DNA from: Prevotella sp.
GTDB taxonomy: Bacteria > Bacteroidota > Bacteroidia > Bacteroidales > Dysgonomonadaceae
Assembly (NCBI GenBank): GCA_031285625.1
Contig: JAITVV010000070.1
Coordinates: 1 to 64,000, forward strand
Direction: 5' to 3'
DNA length: 64,000 nucleotides
Notes under the pieces: generated by a model
What the model was told of the DNA's origin: nothing
Databases searched by the model: none
The model's input: the letters and a program-made list of their open reading frames with translations, nothing else
Made by a program: the position numbers and the translations under genes
Part shown: piece after piece, positions 43,118 through 53,372 of the stretch
How positions within the stretch are numbered: the first letter of the stretch is position 1
Layout: every line of letters starts with the position of its first letter

Positions 43118-43700
43118 AGATTTTGGTTTTTATACAATGTATTTTTTAATAGATTATAGTTTATTAATTTCTAAACGCAGAGTTGAGTATATCGGATAAC
43201 TTATCTGGGCTTCATTGTATTACTTTAAATCAGGGGTAGGATTTGGGTAAAACAATTGTGAATTCCATGTATAATAGATTATGTAAATCAAAAATAAAAA
43301 CTATCTGATAGTCCTATTTCTCAATTTTATATGGTTTTTATATTTTCAAATAATTATATATAAAGTTCGTTCGTGTTTAAAAATTTGAATAACAGACATT
43401 TATTCAAATATTATTATCATGCTTTTATATAAATCAGATAGGAAAACACAAGCTTGGAAATATGCCTAATGAGTAGATCTTTAAAAAAATTAGAATAATT
43501 TTTTGATTCAAAAAATATATGAAGGGAATCAACTTGTTAAAAAAGGGCTTTAATTTGCAACAATATTAAAAACACAAAAAATAGTATCACAGATTTTTTT
43601 AATTAAGAATATTATTCCTTATATTTAGATGTAATCCCAGATAATCTATTAGAGTTTAATAGATATTCTTATAATGAAGACACGTATATCTAACAGTACT

Positions 43701-44609
43701 ATGAAAGCACCAAAAATTGTCGTAATCGGTAGTTCCAACACCGATATGATTGTAAAAGCAAAGCAGCTGCCTGTTCCCGGAGAAACTATTTTAGGGGAGA
43801 ATTTCATTATAAACCCCGGAGGTAAAGGTGCCAATCAGGCTATAGCTGCCAAAAGATTGGGGGGAGATATTACCTTTATAACTAAAGTGGGCAATGATCT
43901 TTTTGGGATGCAGGCGTTTGAAATTTATCGTTCAGAATATATAAATACCGGTTATGTATTTAAGGACCCGGATAATCCATCAGGTGTTGCACTTATCTCT
44001 GTAGATTCGATGGGCGAAAATTGTATAATCGTTGCCGGGGGATCAAACATGCGACTTTCACCGGAAGATATAGATAAAGCTGAAGAAGCTATTAAAGAAT
44101 GTGACTTGGTTCTGATACAACTGGAGATTCCATTGGAAACTGTGGAATACGCTGTAGATCTGGCTCATCGCCATGGTAAAAAGGTTATATTGAACCCTGC
44201 ACCTGCAACATCTTTAAGTAATGACCTATTAAAAAAGTTGTATGCCATTCTTCCTAATAGAATAGAGGCACAGATGCTTTCGGGAATCCAGGTTACAGAT
44301 GAAAAATCAGCTTATGAAGCCTCTCATGCTATAAGCAAAAAAGGAATTGATAATGTAGTGATTACACTCGGTAAAGCAGGTGCGTTTGTGAAAGAGGATG
44401 ATAACTATCGGATGATACCTGCAAAAGAAGTTGAAACAATTGATACAACCGGGGCAGGAGATGTTTTCTGTGGCGCTATCAGCGTATATTTATCTGAAGG
44501 ATATTCATTAATGGATTCTGTAGCATTTGCAAATATGGCTGCATCAATATCTGTAACCAGAATAGGTGCGCAAAGTGCGATTCCTTTCAGACGGGAAGTA
44601 TTTTTATAA
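43701..44609 (+). CDS. rbsK: Ribokinase (PfkB family), copy 1
   Basis: GSSNTDM, PGGKGANQA, LNPAP, DTTGAGD. Confidence 0.88.
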   Translation: MKAPKIVVIGSSNTDMIVKAKQLPVPGETILGENFIINPGGKGANQAIAAKRLGGDITFITKVGNDLFGMQAFEIYRSEYINTGYVFKDPDNPSGVALISVDSMGENCIIVAGGSNMRLSPEDIDKAEEAIKECDLVLIQLEIPLETVEYAVDLAHRHGKKVILNPAPATSLSNDLLKKLYAILPNRIEAQMLSGIQVTDEKSAYEASHAISKKGIDNVVITLGKAGAFVKEDDNYRMIPAKEVETIDTTGAGDVFCGAISVYLSEGYSLMDSVAFANMAASISVTRIGAQSAIPFRREVFL

Positions 44610-44613
44610 AAGT

Positions 44614-45768
44614 CTATGCTGTGGGCTTTTTTATCATAAATCCGCAAAAACATAGATATAAAGCACAAATAGCAATTATAATTACCGAACCTGTTTGGCT
44701 ACCTATCAGTCCGGTACATTTAGCCATCAAAGGAGAGGTAACTGCTCCTCCTGCAACACCAGTAAGTAATAATCCTGAAATCTCATTGTTTTTTTGCGGT
44801 TCGGTTTGTAATGCAATTGAAAAAAGAATGGAAAAGACACAAGAACATGTAAAGGCAATAATGACTACCAAGGCTATTATAGAAAAATAAGAATCAGCAA
44901 ATAGTAAACCGGTAACAGCCAATATAGCGATGATTATATTGATACGGTAATATTTTATTTCGGATACCCGGACTAACAAAAACATACCTAAAAACGATCC
45001 GAGACTTCTTGCTCCAAAATACCAACTGGTACCATACCCTGCCACCTCTTTATTTAGCCCAACTCTTTCCATCAAAATTTTAGGCGTTGCAATGTTCATT
45101 CCTACATCCAGCCCTACGATGCATAATATTCCCAGAAAGAGAAGTATGATTTTTTTATTCTTTAATAATTGCAATGATGGACCGATAGAGGTAACTTGTT
45201 CTTGAACAACTTCTTTATCAATCTGTGTGAAATAGAGCCAGACAAAAGAGATTAAAGAAATAACAGCATATACAGGGAATAATATTTCCCAAGTGCCGAA
45301 CTTTAAAGAAAAAAATCCGGCTAGCAAAGGTCCCATAAATGCTGAAAGTGCTTTTATCAACTGACCCGCTGTTAGTGTACTTGTAAGCATCTTACCCTGA
45401 ACAATATTCGATAGCAAAGGATTTAATGATACCTGCATAAAAGTATTTCCGATACCCAGCATAGCAAAGGCTATATAACATGTAACTGGTGTAAAACGGA
45501 CAAAGGGAATCACCATACCAATAAAAGTAACTACCATACTGATAAGTACAATGTTCTTACGTCCTATTTTATTCATAAATATGGCTGTTGGAATAGAAAA
45601 AATCAGGAACCAGAAGAAAACCATGGTTGGTAAAAATCCGGCCTGTGTCTCTGTCCAATCAAACTGTACTTTTGCATACGTAACCGATATTCCAATGATG
45701 TCGGCAAAGCCCATTACAAAAAAGCCAAAAAGCAACGGTATAAGTTTTACAGTAGTCTTGCTATCCAT
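44614..45768 (-). CDS. MFS sugar permease (FucP/GluP-like)
   Basis: ~12 TMs; FFVMGFADIIG, MNKIGRK, QVSLNPLL. Confidence 0.85.
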   Translation of the reverse strand: MDSKTTVKLIPLLFGFFVMGFADIIGISVTYAKVQFDWTETQAGFLPTMVFFWFLIFSIPTAIFMNKIGRKNIVLISMVVTFIGMVIPFVRFTPVTCYIAFAMLGIGNTFMQVSLNPLLSNIVQGKMLTSTLTAGQLIKALSAFMGPLLAGFFSLKFGTWEILFPVYAVISLISFVWLYFTQIDKEVVQEQVTSIGPSLQLLKNKKIILLFLGILCIVGLDVGMNIATPKILMERVGLNKEVAGYGTSWYFGARSLGSFLGMFLLVRVSEIKYYRINIIIAILAVTGLLFADSYFSIIALVVIIAFTCSCVFSILFSIALQTEPQKNNEISGLLLTGVAGGAVTSPLMAKCTGLIGSQTGSVIIIAICALYLCFCGFMIKKPTA

Positions 45769-45782
45769 TATAATTAAAGGTA

Positions 45783-46487
45783 TTATTTCCGTTTTTTTCT
45801 ATATATGCACATCTCCAATTCGCAAAGCTGACATCCATATGCAGTATATTTTACATTTTTTCCACAACCAATGACTCCACTGATCGACTTCGATGGAATC
45901 ATTAACGATGATGGTGTTAATTTTACACCGCAAGGATTGTCTGGAAGCATAGAAAATACCTTAGCTTGTTCGTTTGTATTCCAATTACAATAACCCGGGC
46001 TATAGCGATTTGTTATGTTCATTCCTCTTGTTTTCATTTCTTCAGAAATATGTTCCTGTATGATATCCATTGCTTTTTCTACAATAATATTTCCGAGTAT
46101 ATCTACGAAGTAAGCTTTAACAAGTTCATTGGTGTTGATATATTCCTTATACTGTTGGGTAATGCCATGGCCCGATGTACAGACGAAAACAATAAGTTGT
46201 TCCGCATTTCTTAATTGACGGGCAATTTTACTTCCACAATTAAATTCTAAGCTATCCGCAGAAAATTCTTTTTTTCCGATGGATACTGTATCTAAGATTC
46301 TGTACAGAGCACTGGCTTTTGAAATGTTTTTCCCGATAGAAATTACTTCTTCCATTTCGGAAAGGAATGGTTCATAAGAAGGCACGGAAGCGTCTGACGT
46401 CTCAAAAAAATCTTCGGGATTTATTTGAAGGCGTTCATATGAAATCTCACTTTCATAAATTTCTATGCTACTAATGTTTCCAGCCAT
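45783..46487 (-). CDS. Stand-alone B12-dependent methionine synthase reactivation (AdoMet-binding) domain protein
   Basis: FVCTSG, RYSPGYCNW, LMIPSKSISG, C-terminal CQLCELEMC. Confidence 0.85.
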   Translation of the reverse strand: MAGNISSIEIYESEISYERLQINPEDFFETSDASVPSYEPFLSEMEEVISIGKNISKASALYRILDTVSIGKKEFSADSLEFNCGSKIARQLRNAEQLIVFVCTSGHGITQQYKEYINTNELVKAYFVDILGNIIVEKAMDIIQEHISEEMKTRGMNITNRYSPGYCNWNTNEQAKVFSMLPDNPCGVKLTPSSLMIPSKSISGVIGCGKNVKYTAYGCQLCELEMCIYRKKRK

Positions 46488-47134
46488 TTTACAGATTCTT
46501 GCGGATCACGGCCAAAGCCATCTGCCCCGATCGAGGATGCATATTCGGCGCTTACGGGAGCTCCTCCTACTATGACTTTTGTTTGAGGTGATATTTCTTT
46601 GATTTTCTGAATAGCAGGGCCCATATTACTCATAGTGGTTGTTAACAGAGCAGAGATTCCAATAACGGCATCAGGATATTTTTGCAGTGTATCAATAAAC
46701 TTCTCACTGGAAACATCTACACCAAGGTCGATAACTTCCCATCCTGCACCCTCAATCATCATTCCGCATAAGTTTTTACCAATGTCGTGAAGGTCTCCCA
46801 GGATTGTCCCTAGAATGAAAGTTCCTTTACGCTTCACCTCTCCTGATACGAAATAAGGTTTAAGATGTGCCATAGAGGCATTCATCGCTCTTGCAGATAT
46901 TAGCATCTGAGGAACGAAAATTTTATTCTCAGTGAAACGTTGTCCTACAATATCCATTCCCGGCACTAAGGCCTCATTCATAATATCAGACGGACTGATT
47001 CCTGTATCTAAAGCCTCTTTTGTCAGTTCGTCGGCACCAGGCATCCCTTTCATTTCGGGAGGAAAAGGAGTTGCTGCATTGATCTTTCCGGCTACAATGC
47101 AACTTTTCAATTGGTTTAATATTTCATTATTCAT
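46463..47134 (-). CDS. Corrinoid (cobalamin-binding) methyl-carrier protein, MtaC/MttC-like
   Basis: Cap domain PGMDIVG..F....IFVPQML; GDLHDIGKNL (DxHxxG); SALLTTT; VGGAP. Confidence 0.95.
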   Translation of the reverse strand: MNNEILNQLKSCIVAGKINAATPFPPEMKGMPGADELTKEALDTGISPSDIMNEALVPGMDIVGQRFTENKIFVPQMLISARAMNASMAHLKPYFVSGEVKRKGTFILGTILGDLHDIGKNLCGMMIEGAGWEVIDLGVDVSSEKFIDTLQKYPDAVIGISALLTTTMSNMGPAIQKIKEISPQTKVIVGGAPVSAEYASSIGADGFGRDPQESVKWLETLVA

Positions 47135-47156
47135 ATCATTCTGTTTTTGTTAGTTC

Positions 47157-48218
47157 TTATTGTCTTTCTCTTCTTCTTATTTCTTTTACAGCATCGGTCA
47201 TTGCTTTAAAACCTTCAATACTCATATAGTCAGGAATCGAATTGCCGGATCCCAACCCATATCCATTTGCGTTTTTCCTGAAGCGTACACCGTCCTCTAA
47301 TACTTTCTCGAAAACAACATCATAAGGATTAAGAATCAGGTAATTCATATCGAATCCACCAAAGAGGCCTATTTGATCAGAATATTTTTCAATCCATGTA
47401 TCAAAAGGACAAATCTGATCTTCATTAGAATGTTTGGCATCGATACCAAGTGCAAGGATATCGGGCATAATTTCGAAAATATTACCACAACAATGCAGGA
47501 GAAACTTTTTATTCACACTGTGGGCAACATCAACTACCCGTTTGTGTTGGGGCAGAACGAACTTCCTGAATGTATCAGGTTCGAGCATAGTAGCAGTTTT
47601 ATGCCCCATATCGTCACCCATTCTGTAAAAGACAAAAATGTCATCATACTCTTTTACCATCTTAGACCATAGTTCAACAAACAAATCTCCGATCCGAATA
47701 AAAAGATCGGCAAATAAGTCCGGATCGATATATTGCATTACACATAAATTCTCGTACCCTACCAGATCCTGTGATGTTTCAAATATACCATAACCACAAC
47801 CACCGTACGCTTTCATCCCTTTTGGCATAACTTTTCGTATAGCCTCTAAACGGGGAGTGTATGTCTCCCAGAATATGCGGGGGATATCTCCGAATGGATA
47901 CTTATTGAAATCGTCGCGCGTTTGAATAGGTCCAAGCATTCCACCCAGAATAGCTCCATGCCCCGGTAAAATCTCGCATATAGCTGCTTCATAGCTGAAA
48001 GCATCATATCCGTGATCTTTCCAAAAACCGATATATTTCCTGAAATAATCTTCAAGTTCAGAAGAGTTATTTGAACTGATTTCTATTTTTTCACCTAAGT
48101 ATTTTGAAACAAAGGGAGCATCAATGTTGTGTTCGTACAATGGCAGATAATCTGGTCTTTGGTTGTACATCACTTTCAGTATATTTGTATAGTCCGGCTG
48201 GAATTTTTGCTGACTCAT
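47157..48218 (-). CDS. URO-D/MtaA-CmuA family protein
   Basis: GDDMGHK, LLHCCGN, FGGFD, GSGNSIP. Confidence 0.85.
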   Translation of the reverse strand: MSQQKFQPDYTNILKVMYNQRPDYLPLYEHNIDAPFVSKYLGEKIEISSNNSSELEDYFRKYIGFWKDHGYDAFSYEAAICEILPGHGAILGGMLGPIQTRDDFNKYPFGDIPRIFWETYTPRLEAIRKVMPKGMKAYGGCGYGIFETSQDLVGYENLCVMQYIDPDLFADLFIRIGDLFVELWSKMVKEYDDIFVFYRMGDDMGHKTATMLEPDTFRKFVLPQHKRVVDVAHSVNKKFLLHCCGNIFEIMPDILALGIDAKHSNEDQICPFDTWIEKYSDQIGLFGGFDMNYLILNPYDVVFEKVLEDGVRFRKNANGYGLGSGNSIPDYMSIEGFKAMTDAVKEIRRRERQ

Positions 48219-48269
48219 TATGATAAAATATTAGTGTATTAATTAAGGTCACAGACCTATTTATTACTT

Positions 48270-49274
48270 TTACCTACTATGTGATTGGTTGTACTTCTTC
48301 ACTGCATCAAAAAAAGCCAAAATATTTTCTTCAGGAATAAAAGGTGGAATGTCACACCCCGATGAAATAACAAAGTTTTTGTATAAGGATGTTTTCTCCA
48401 GTAATTCACTTGTGATACTTTGTACCTGCTCTCTGGAACCTTGTTTGAAAGTTACTACCGGGTCGATATTACCCATAACCAAAATATCGGAAGGACATTC
48501 TTTCAGCACCTGTAATATGTCTATTTTATTACCAAAATGAAGTGCCTTCGCTCCACTTTTTATCATAGCATCCGTACATTGGCCTGTATTTCCGCAATTA
48601 TGCAGAATAACCATGAAGTCTTCGTCTTGTACCGCTTCTACGATTTTTTTTACAAATTCGGTGGAATAAGCCTGACAATCGTCATTTTGTAAAAGACCGG
48701 CTGCCGGTTCGGCTATTATTACCCCTGCTGTACCTGTATCTTTCAGTGTCTGGCAATATTGAATAAGGAAAGATGTGCATTTTTCCAAAAGTAACAGTAT
48801 TGTTTCAGGTTCGAGATAAATTGCCATCATTATTTCCGACATATCGAATAACCTTCCTGCAAGCGAGTATGGCCCTATACAGCCCGACAAAACAGGTTTG
48901 TCCTTTATGTTTTCGGCGGCTAGCTTATTTGCCGAGAGATATGCAGGGATCCTGGCTGCTGAAAGTCCGGGTACCTGAAGATTCTCTACATCATTCATAT
49001 TTGCCACTAAGCGGCCTATGACAGATGGAACGTCGTCCTCAGGAAAAATAATTTCGGCACCGAATGCCTCTGCTTCAACAGTCAGATCCATTATAACTGT
49101 ACATGCCGATGAATCATATTTCTCCGAAAGTGCTTTTATGGCTTTGTAATGTACGGTTCCATCCGTTACTGCATTCTTTACACTTTCTCCGATTATTTCC
49201 ATCCCGGGATTTGTCATTATGGGTATAGCTAACCGTGCCGTACTTTCTATTATATCATTTACGGATAATTTCAT
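48270..49274 (-). CDS. Methylcobamide:thiol methyltransferase-like (MtaA/MtbA type, URO-D family)
   Basis: MDLTVEAEAFG, GPYSLAGRL, AEPAAG, LHNCG, MGNIDP, SSGCDIP (H-x-C...C Zn triad). Confidence 0.88.
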   Translation of the reverse strand: MKLSVNDIIESTARLAIPIMTNPGMEIIGESVKNAVTDGTVHYKAIKALSEKYDSSACTVIMDLTVEAEAFGAEIIFPEDDVPSVIGRLVANMNDVENLQVPGLSAARIPAYLSANKLAAENIKDKPVLSGCIGPYSLAGRLFDMSEIMMAIYLEPETILLLLEKCTSFLIQYCQTLKDTGTAGVIIAEPAAGLLQNDDCQAYSTEFVKKIVEAVQDEDFMVILHNCGNTGQCTDAMIKSGAKALHFGNKIDILQVLKECPSDILVMGNIDPVVTFKQGSREQVQSITSELLEKTSLYKNFVISSGCDIPPFIPEENILAFFDAVKKYNQSHSR

Positions 49275-49309
49275 ATATAATCTATTTTATTATGGTTTCA
49301 GGTTGTTTA

Positions 49310-49351
49310 AAGAAGTTTTGCAATTTATTGCGGTTCATTGCAAAACTTCTT
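49310..49351. other. Intra-operon 15-bp stem-loop
   Basis: AAGAAGTTTTGCAAT...ATTGCAAAACTTCTT between GH and mtaA-like genes. Confidence 0.7.
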
Positions 49352-49359
49352 ATGGTCAA

Positions 49360-51912
49360 TTAATAACTACCTGTTAACCTCTGAGGAGTATTCAAATATT
49401 TATTTACAATAGCATCTTCCCTTGCTTTAGGATTATTCATAATTGGCATAGGGATGTAATATGAATCGGTAATATCCCTTACTTTTTCTACCGATGGTTT
49501 TCCTTTGTCGAAGGTCAGGTCAAATTCAAAAGTCATTTCACCTGGTGAGTCTACACAGAAGTTAACCACCCATAAATTATTATATAACATGCCGAATAAT
49601 TCATTCACATTTTCAGGTGCATTTTGCAATTTTTTACCCATGCTATGTCCGCCAAAGTTGACTATTGGAATATCACCCGACGACCAGATACGTGTACCGT
49701 CCTGTGAGTCATATTTTACCCAGCTATCTATTACAAAGAAGTCTTTACATGAGTTCGGAATCTGGTCTTTATATAATTCGTAAGGCATACCACCATTTGT
49801 TGCAACAGGTTGCTTGCATCCTTTTGGGAAAGGGAACCTGGCATAAAATACTTCCGGTGCGATAGAAGAAATCCTGTCAAAGAAAACATTTACTTTTGCC
49901 CGTGGTATTTCCTTAAATATTTCAACTTCCCTGCGCATGCTTTTCAGTCGTGGATGTTCCATATCCTGAGAAATAATCCATGAATACGGTGTTTCCCTTA
50001 CCTTGGCTTTATTTTGGGGTTTAGCCCAATTGATTTCTGTTATATCTTCCCATTTTTTGAGCCGCTTCTCGTCTTCCCAATGCATATAAACATCACCTTG
50101 CGAGTAGCGATCCATATCATTTACATTGACTACCATAAAGTCTGCCAGTCCTTCTGTAAAGAGAGGTTCGTCCATACCTTTCCATTTCGCAGAAGTTATC
50201 CAGTTGTTCTTATCGAATGTAAGTTCAGGCAAATCAGTTTTTACTTCTGTTGCTTTTACTTCAGATGTTTCCAGCATAAAGTGGGTATATGAATTAGCAG
50301 GCATATTATTTATCCAGAACCATGCCTGAGTGCCGCCCGGAACGGCTTCGCGGCTTGTATTTAAGTTCTCATCCACTACCCAACGCCAAACATAATCGCC
50401 TTCTTTGAATAAAGGATATGTTTCATTGGTTTTTACATCTCGTACCGATTTGTAGTCCACTTCCCTGAAACCAACTACATCCAGTTTTACCCAGCCTGTA
50501 TAAGAAGCATTGGATACATTTGAAACATACAGGCCTTCGTCCATATCGGTAAATTTATTACGAACTAACTGGCCCAGTAAGTATTTACTCCTTTCCCATG
50601 GACGATAGGCAAAACTGCCTTTTTCGTTCAATTGTCCCAGGGTATATAAACTGTAAGGGTAATCAGATGTTTCGTTAGAACCATATGTATGTTCAAAATA
50701 ACGGCATAATAAACGGTTGATATCTTTCAATTCTGTTTTAGCTCCATCATTCAATGTGCCCCATAACGGCGATTTTATGGCTTTGGTATTATATACTCCA
50801 CGACGGGCCACTTGCATTTCGCGTGGCATGGATGCACCTCCAAACGCCCACCAGTCCTGCCATTCACCTTCATAGGTTTCCAATTTGTCTCCAACTTCTT
50901 TTTCGATATTCTTCATGGCTTCGCCTGCTGTTTTCATTCTAAGCACCGGCTTAAGTCCCATTTCATTCCATTTGTTGATAAATGTAAGTAGCTGAGGCAT
51001 AGGGCCATCATTATCGCATCGCCATTCGTTAGTAAATGTCAGCGTAAGGAATGGATAGTCATAACCTTTATCACGCAAATCCTTCAGCCTTTTGATACAT
51101 ACTTCGTGCGATTCACGCATCGATGCTTCGTCGGTAAGAAGTATATTTCCGTTTCGTGGCCATGTTGTTTGTGTATTGGCATATTCACGTTGCTGTAAAC
51201 GCCACTCACGTTCGGCAAAAAAGAGGTAACCTTGCCAGTATGGATATCCAGACCAAACCAATAGTTTACGGCTATCAGGCATTTTCCACCAGAATGCGCC
51301 TGGCTGCTCTACCGGAGAACCTCCCCAATGCTGATTGATTCCCATCCACACATAGTTTATATCCCTGTCCAGCAGTTTTGTTGCTGCTATGCGGGGAAAA
51401 CCATTTACATCATGTTGCATTCCCACTTTTATATCCAGCTGGGTACGTATTTCTTCAGGTATCCAGTTCAGCATCTCATCCCATTGCTCCGAACTGGCAT
51501 AAGGATGTATATGGAAAGGCATGGCATTGATACCGATCTGCTTATTTTTTATCATTTTCAGCATATCATTTCTACGCTTTTCAGTAGTCTCTACCCACCA
51601 AGAATAAAATGGGTCGAGTGCTTCAACTGTCCATACAAAACGACTTTCAGGTTTTTCGTTTTGTGACTGTAAGGCTAAATCCAAAGCTACATCTATAAAC
51701 CTTTTATGCAAGTCGATATCAACAAGCGCATGATCGGTATAACCATAGTCGGTATGTGTTACATGCACAATATCTATGTATTTAAAATCCAGAGTATCTT
51801 TTCCTTCAATGCTGCTATCGCTTTCGGCTATATTCTCAGTTTTAGTGTTACAACTGAAGAATAGAAATAGAAATAATAAGCCGCTCAGCAGTTTACTAAT
51901 AGTAGATTTCAT
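49360..51912 (-). CDS. GH38-N-like (unclassified) glycoside hydrolase lipoprotein
   Basis: Lipobox FFSC; HVTHTDYGYTD, WTVEA, QHDVNG, DNDGP, GEWQDWW, EHTYG. Confidence 0.65.
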   Translation of the reverse strand: MKSTISKLLSGLLFLFLFFSCNTKTENIAESDSSIEGKDTLDFKYIDIVHVTHTDYGYTDHALVDIDLHKRFIDVALDLALQSQNEKPESRFVWTVEALDPFYSWWVETTEKRRNDMLKMIKNKQIGINAMPFHIHPYASSEQWDEMLNWIPEEIRTQLDIKVGMQHDVNGFPRIAATKLLDRDINYVWMGINQHWGGSPVEQPGAFWWKMPDSRKLLVWSGYPYWQGYLFFAEREWRLQQREYANTQTTWPRNGNILLTDEASMRESHEVCIKRLKDLRDKGYDYPFLTLTFTNEWRCDNDGPMPQLLTFINKWNEMGLKPVLRMKTAGEAMKNIEKEVGDKLETYEGEWQDWWAFGGASMPREMQVARRGVYNTKAIKSPLWGTLNDGAKTELKDINRLLCRYFEHTYGSNETSDYPYSLYTLGQLNEKGSFAYRPWERSKYLLGQLVRNKFTDMDEGLYVSNVSNASYTGWVKLDVVGFREVDYKSVRDVKTNETYPLFKEGDYVWRWVVDENLNTSREAVPGGTQAWFWINNMPANSYTHFMLETSEVKATEVKTDLPELTFDKNNWITSAKWKGMDEPLFTEGLADFMVVNVNDMDRYSQGDVYMHWEDEKRLKKWEDITEINWAKPQNKAKVRETPYSWIISQDMEHPRLKSMRREVEIFKEIPRAKVNVFFDRISSIAPEVFYARFPFPKGCKQPVATNGGMPYELYKDQIPNSCKDFFVIDSWVKYDSQDGTRIWSSGDIPIVNFGGHSMGKKLQNAPENVNELFGMLYNNLWVVNFCVDSPGEMTFEFDLTFDKGKPSVEKVRDITDSYYIPMPIMNNPKAREDAIVNKYLNTPQRLTGSY

Positions 51913-51955
51913 CGTATTTTAATTTAAGTTATTATTAAGCTAAAATTTTCAAAAT

Positions 51956-53011
51956 TCAGTACACGCCATATTGCTTGACAGTTTCAATAAGGCAAAGCAC
52001 ATTTTCAGTCGGAATATTATCGTGGATACTGTGATCGGTGGAAATGATATATCCGCCACCGGATGCAGCCTCATTCAGACATTCCAAAACTTCATTCTTC
52101 ACATCATCGCTGTTAGCCGATTCCATTGTCACCTTGTTGTTCACATTCCCTATCGGGGTGATTCTTCCTTTGTATGTATCTTTCACTTTCTTCAAATCCA
52201 TACCTGCAGCCCTTTCTACAGGGTGTAAGGCATTAATGCCGCAATCAGCCAGATCGTCGATCACGTCCCATATCTGTCCGTCGTTATGCATAATAAAAGG
52301 TAATCCATATGCTTTTACAGCTTGTACCAGACGTTTGAAATAAGGTATGAAAAATTCCCTGAATTGTTCGGGTGCTATCAATAATCCATTTGTCCCACCC
52401 CAATCGTCAGATATCTGTACACAATCTACACCGCCTTCTTTGACAGCCAGTTCTAAAGCCTCCAGTGCCCATTTCAGGTATGCTTCATTGATTTCGTGAA
52501 TAAGGTCAGGATCGGTAAACATGTTTATTGAAAAAGTTTCCATATCCATAATATACCATGAAAGCATTGTAAAAGGTCCTAATAAACCAAGAACAACAGC
52601 TAAATCTGATTCGTTAGCAGCCAGTACATCTTTCAAGATACGTGTCCGGTATGGTGTATCTACTTCAGGTAATTTGTAATTTTCCCAATCTTCGCGGCAT
52701 TTTACCGGGGCACCGATCTGAGCAATAATAGGCCAGCCGTTTTTCCGGTATGTTACTTCCCATTCATCCTTATAGATCTCATCCTTTTCGTGCGGAGTTT
52801 CTTCTATTCCACAAAAACCGTTTATAGGAGTCCATATAGTATCGATACCCAATTTTGCAGCCAGTTCTACCTGAGCTTTTCCATCATACAATATGGTATT
52901 ATATCCCAATAATTCTTTTTGTAGTTTCAGGCTAAATAAATGTTCGTGAATAGGAACCCTGTCTGGTGTTCCCCCGGTGAGGGCAGTTAAAAATCTTTCA
53001 CGTGATGTCAT
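51956..53011 (-). CDS. URO-D/MtaA-CmuA family protein
   Basis: MTSRERF..AL..GTPDRVP, SDDWG, MHNDG, GNVN, STDHSI. Confidence 0.88.
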   Translation of the reverse strand: MTSRERFLTALTGGTPDRVPIHEHLFSLKLQKELLGYNTILYDGKAQVELAAKLGIDTIWTPINGFCGIEETPHEKDEIYKDEWEVTYRKNGWPIIAQIGAPVKCREDWENYKLPEVDTPYRTRILKDVLAANESDLAVVLGLLGPFTMLSWYIMDMETFSINMFTDPDLIHEINEAYLKWALEALELAVKEGGVDCVQISDDWGGTNGLLIAPEQFREFFIPYFKRLVQAVKAYGLPFIMHNDGQIWDVIDDLADCGINALHPVERAAGMDLKKVKDTYKGRITPIGNVNNKVTMESANSDDVKNEVLECLNEAASGGGYIISTDHSIHDNIPTENVLCLIETVKQYGVY

Positions 53012-53127
53012 GGTGTTCCGATTAATTTGGTTACAATTTATAGGTATCAAATCTTAAGTTCAGCTAGCATTTTTATAAGATTTTCCGGTAGTGTATTTCA
53101 TTAGCTAGCCAGCAAAAAAACTCTAAG

Positions 53128-53135
53128 CAAATATA
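53128..53135 (-). promoter_or_regulatory. -7 promoter element for corrinoid operon
   Basis: TATATTTG on minus strand upstream of 53011. Confidence 0.5.
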
Positions 53136-53372
53136 AATTCTTTACTACCCTTAAATTCACCAAATATTACCTAAAACAATAATCTCAAACTATTAAAAAA
53201 TCATATATAATGTTTTTAATACCTAATTATCAATTAGTTATATTTTGTTTTTTTATTCATTATTATAATTATTAAGAAAATGGCCAGTAGATAAGTAATT
53301 ATTTTATTTTCTACTTTTACAAAAAGCAAAGAACGCTCCCCATCATTTTTTCCAACAATAAATTTTTATAAA

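Noticed and set aside
43118-43700. Cobalamin riboswitch or invertible promoter upstream of susC (also checked 53012-53372)
   Set aside because: No B12-box-like conserved motifs and no convincing promoter-flanking inverted repeats. The shared GATTTATATAAAA stretch with ~54960 is too AT-rich to trust.
46463-49274. Methanogenesis or archaeal contamination
   Set aside because: The genes are embedded in a Bacteroidetes PUL with TAnnTTTG promoters, and no other methanogenesis genes are present.
47157-53011. HemE (heme biosynthesis) annotation for the URO-D proteins
   Set aside because: They lack the HemE RQAGR motif, carry metal-ligand motifs and flank a corrinoid protein.
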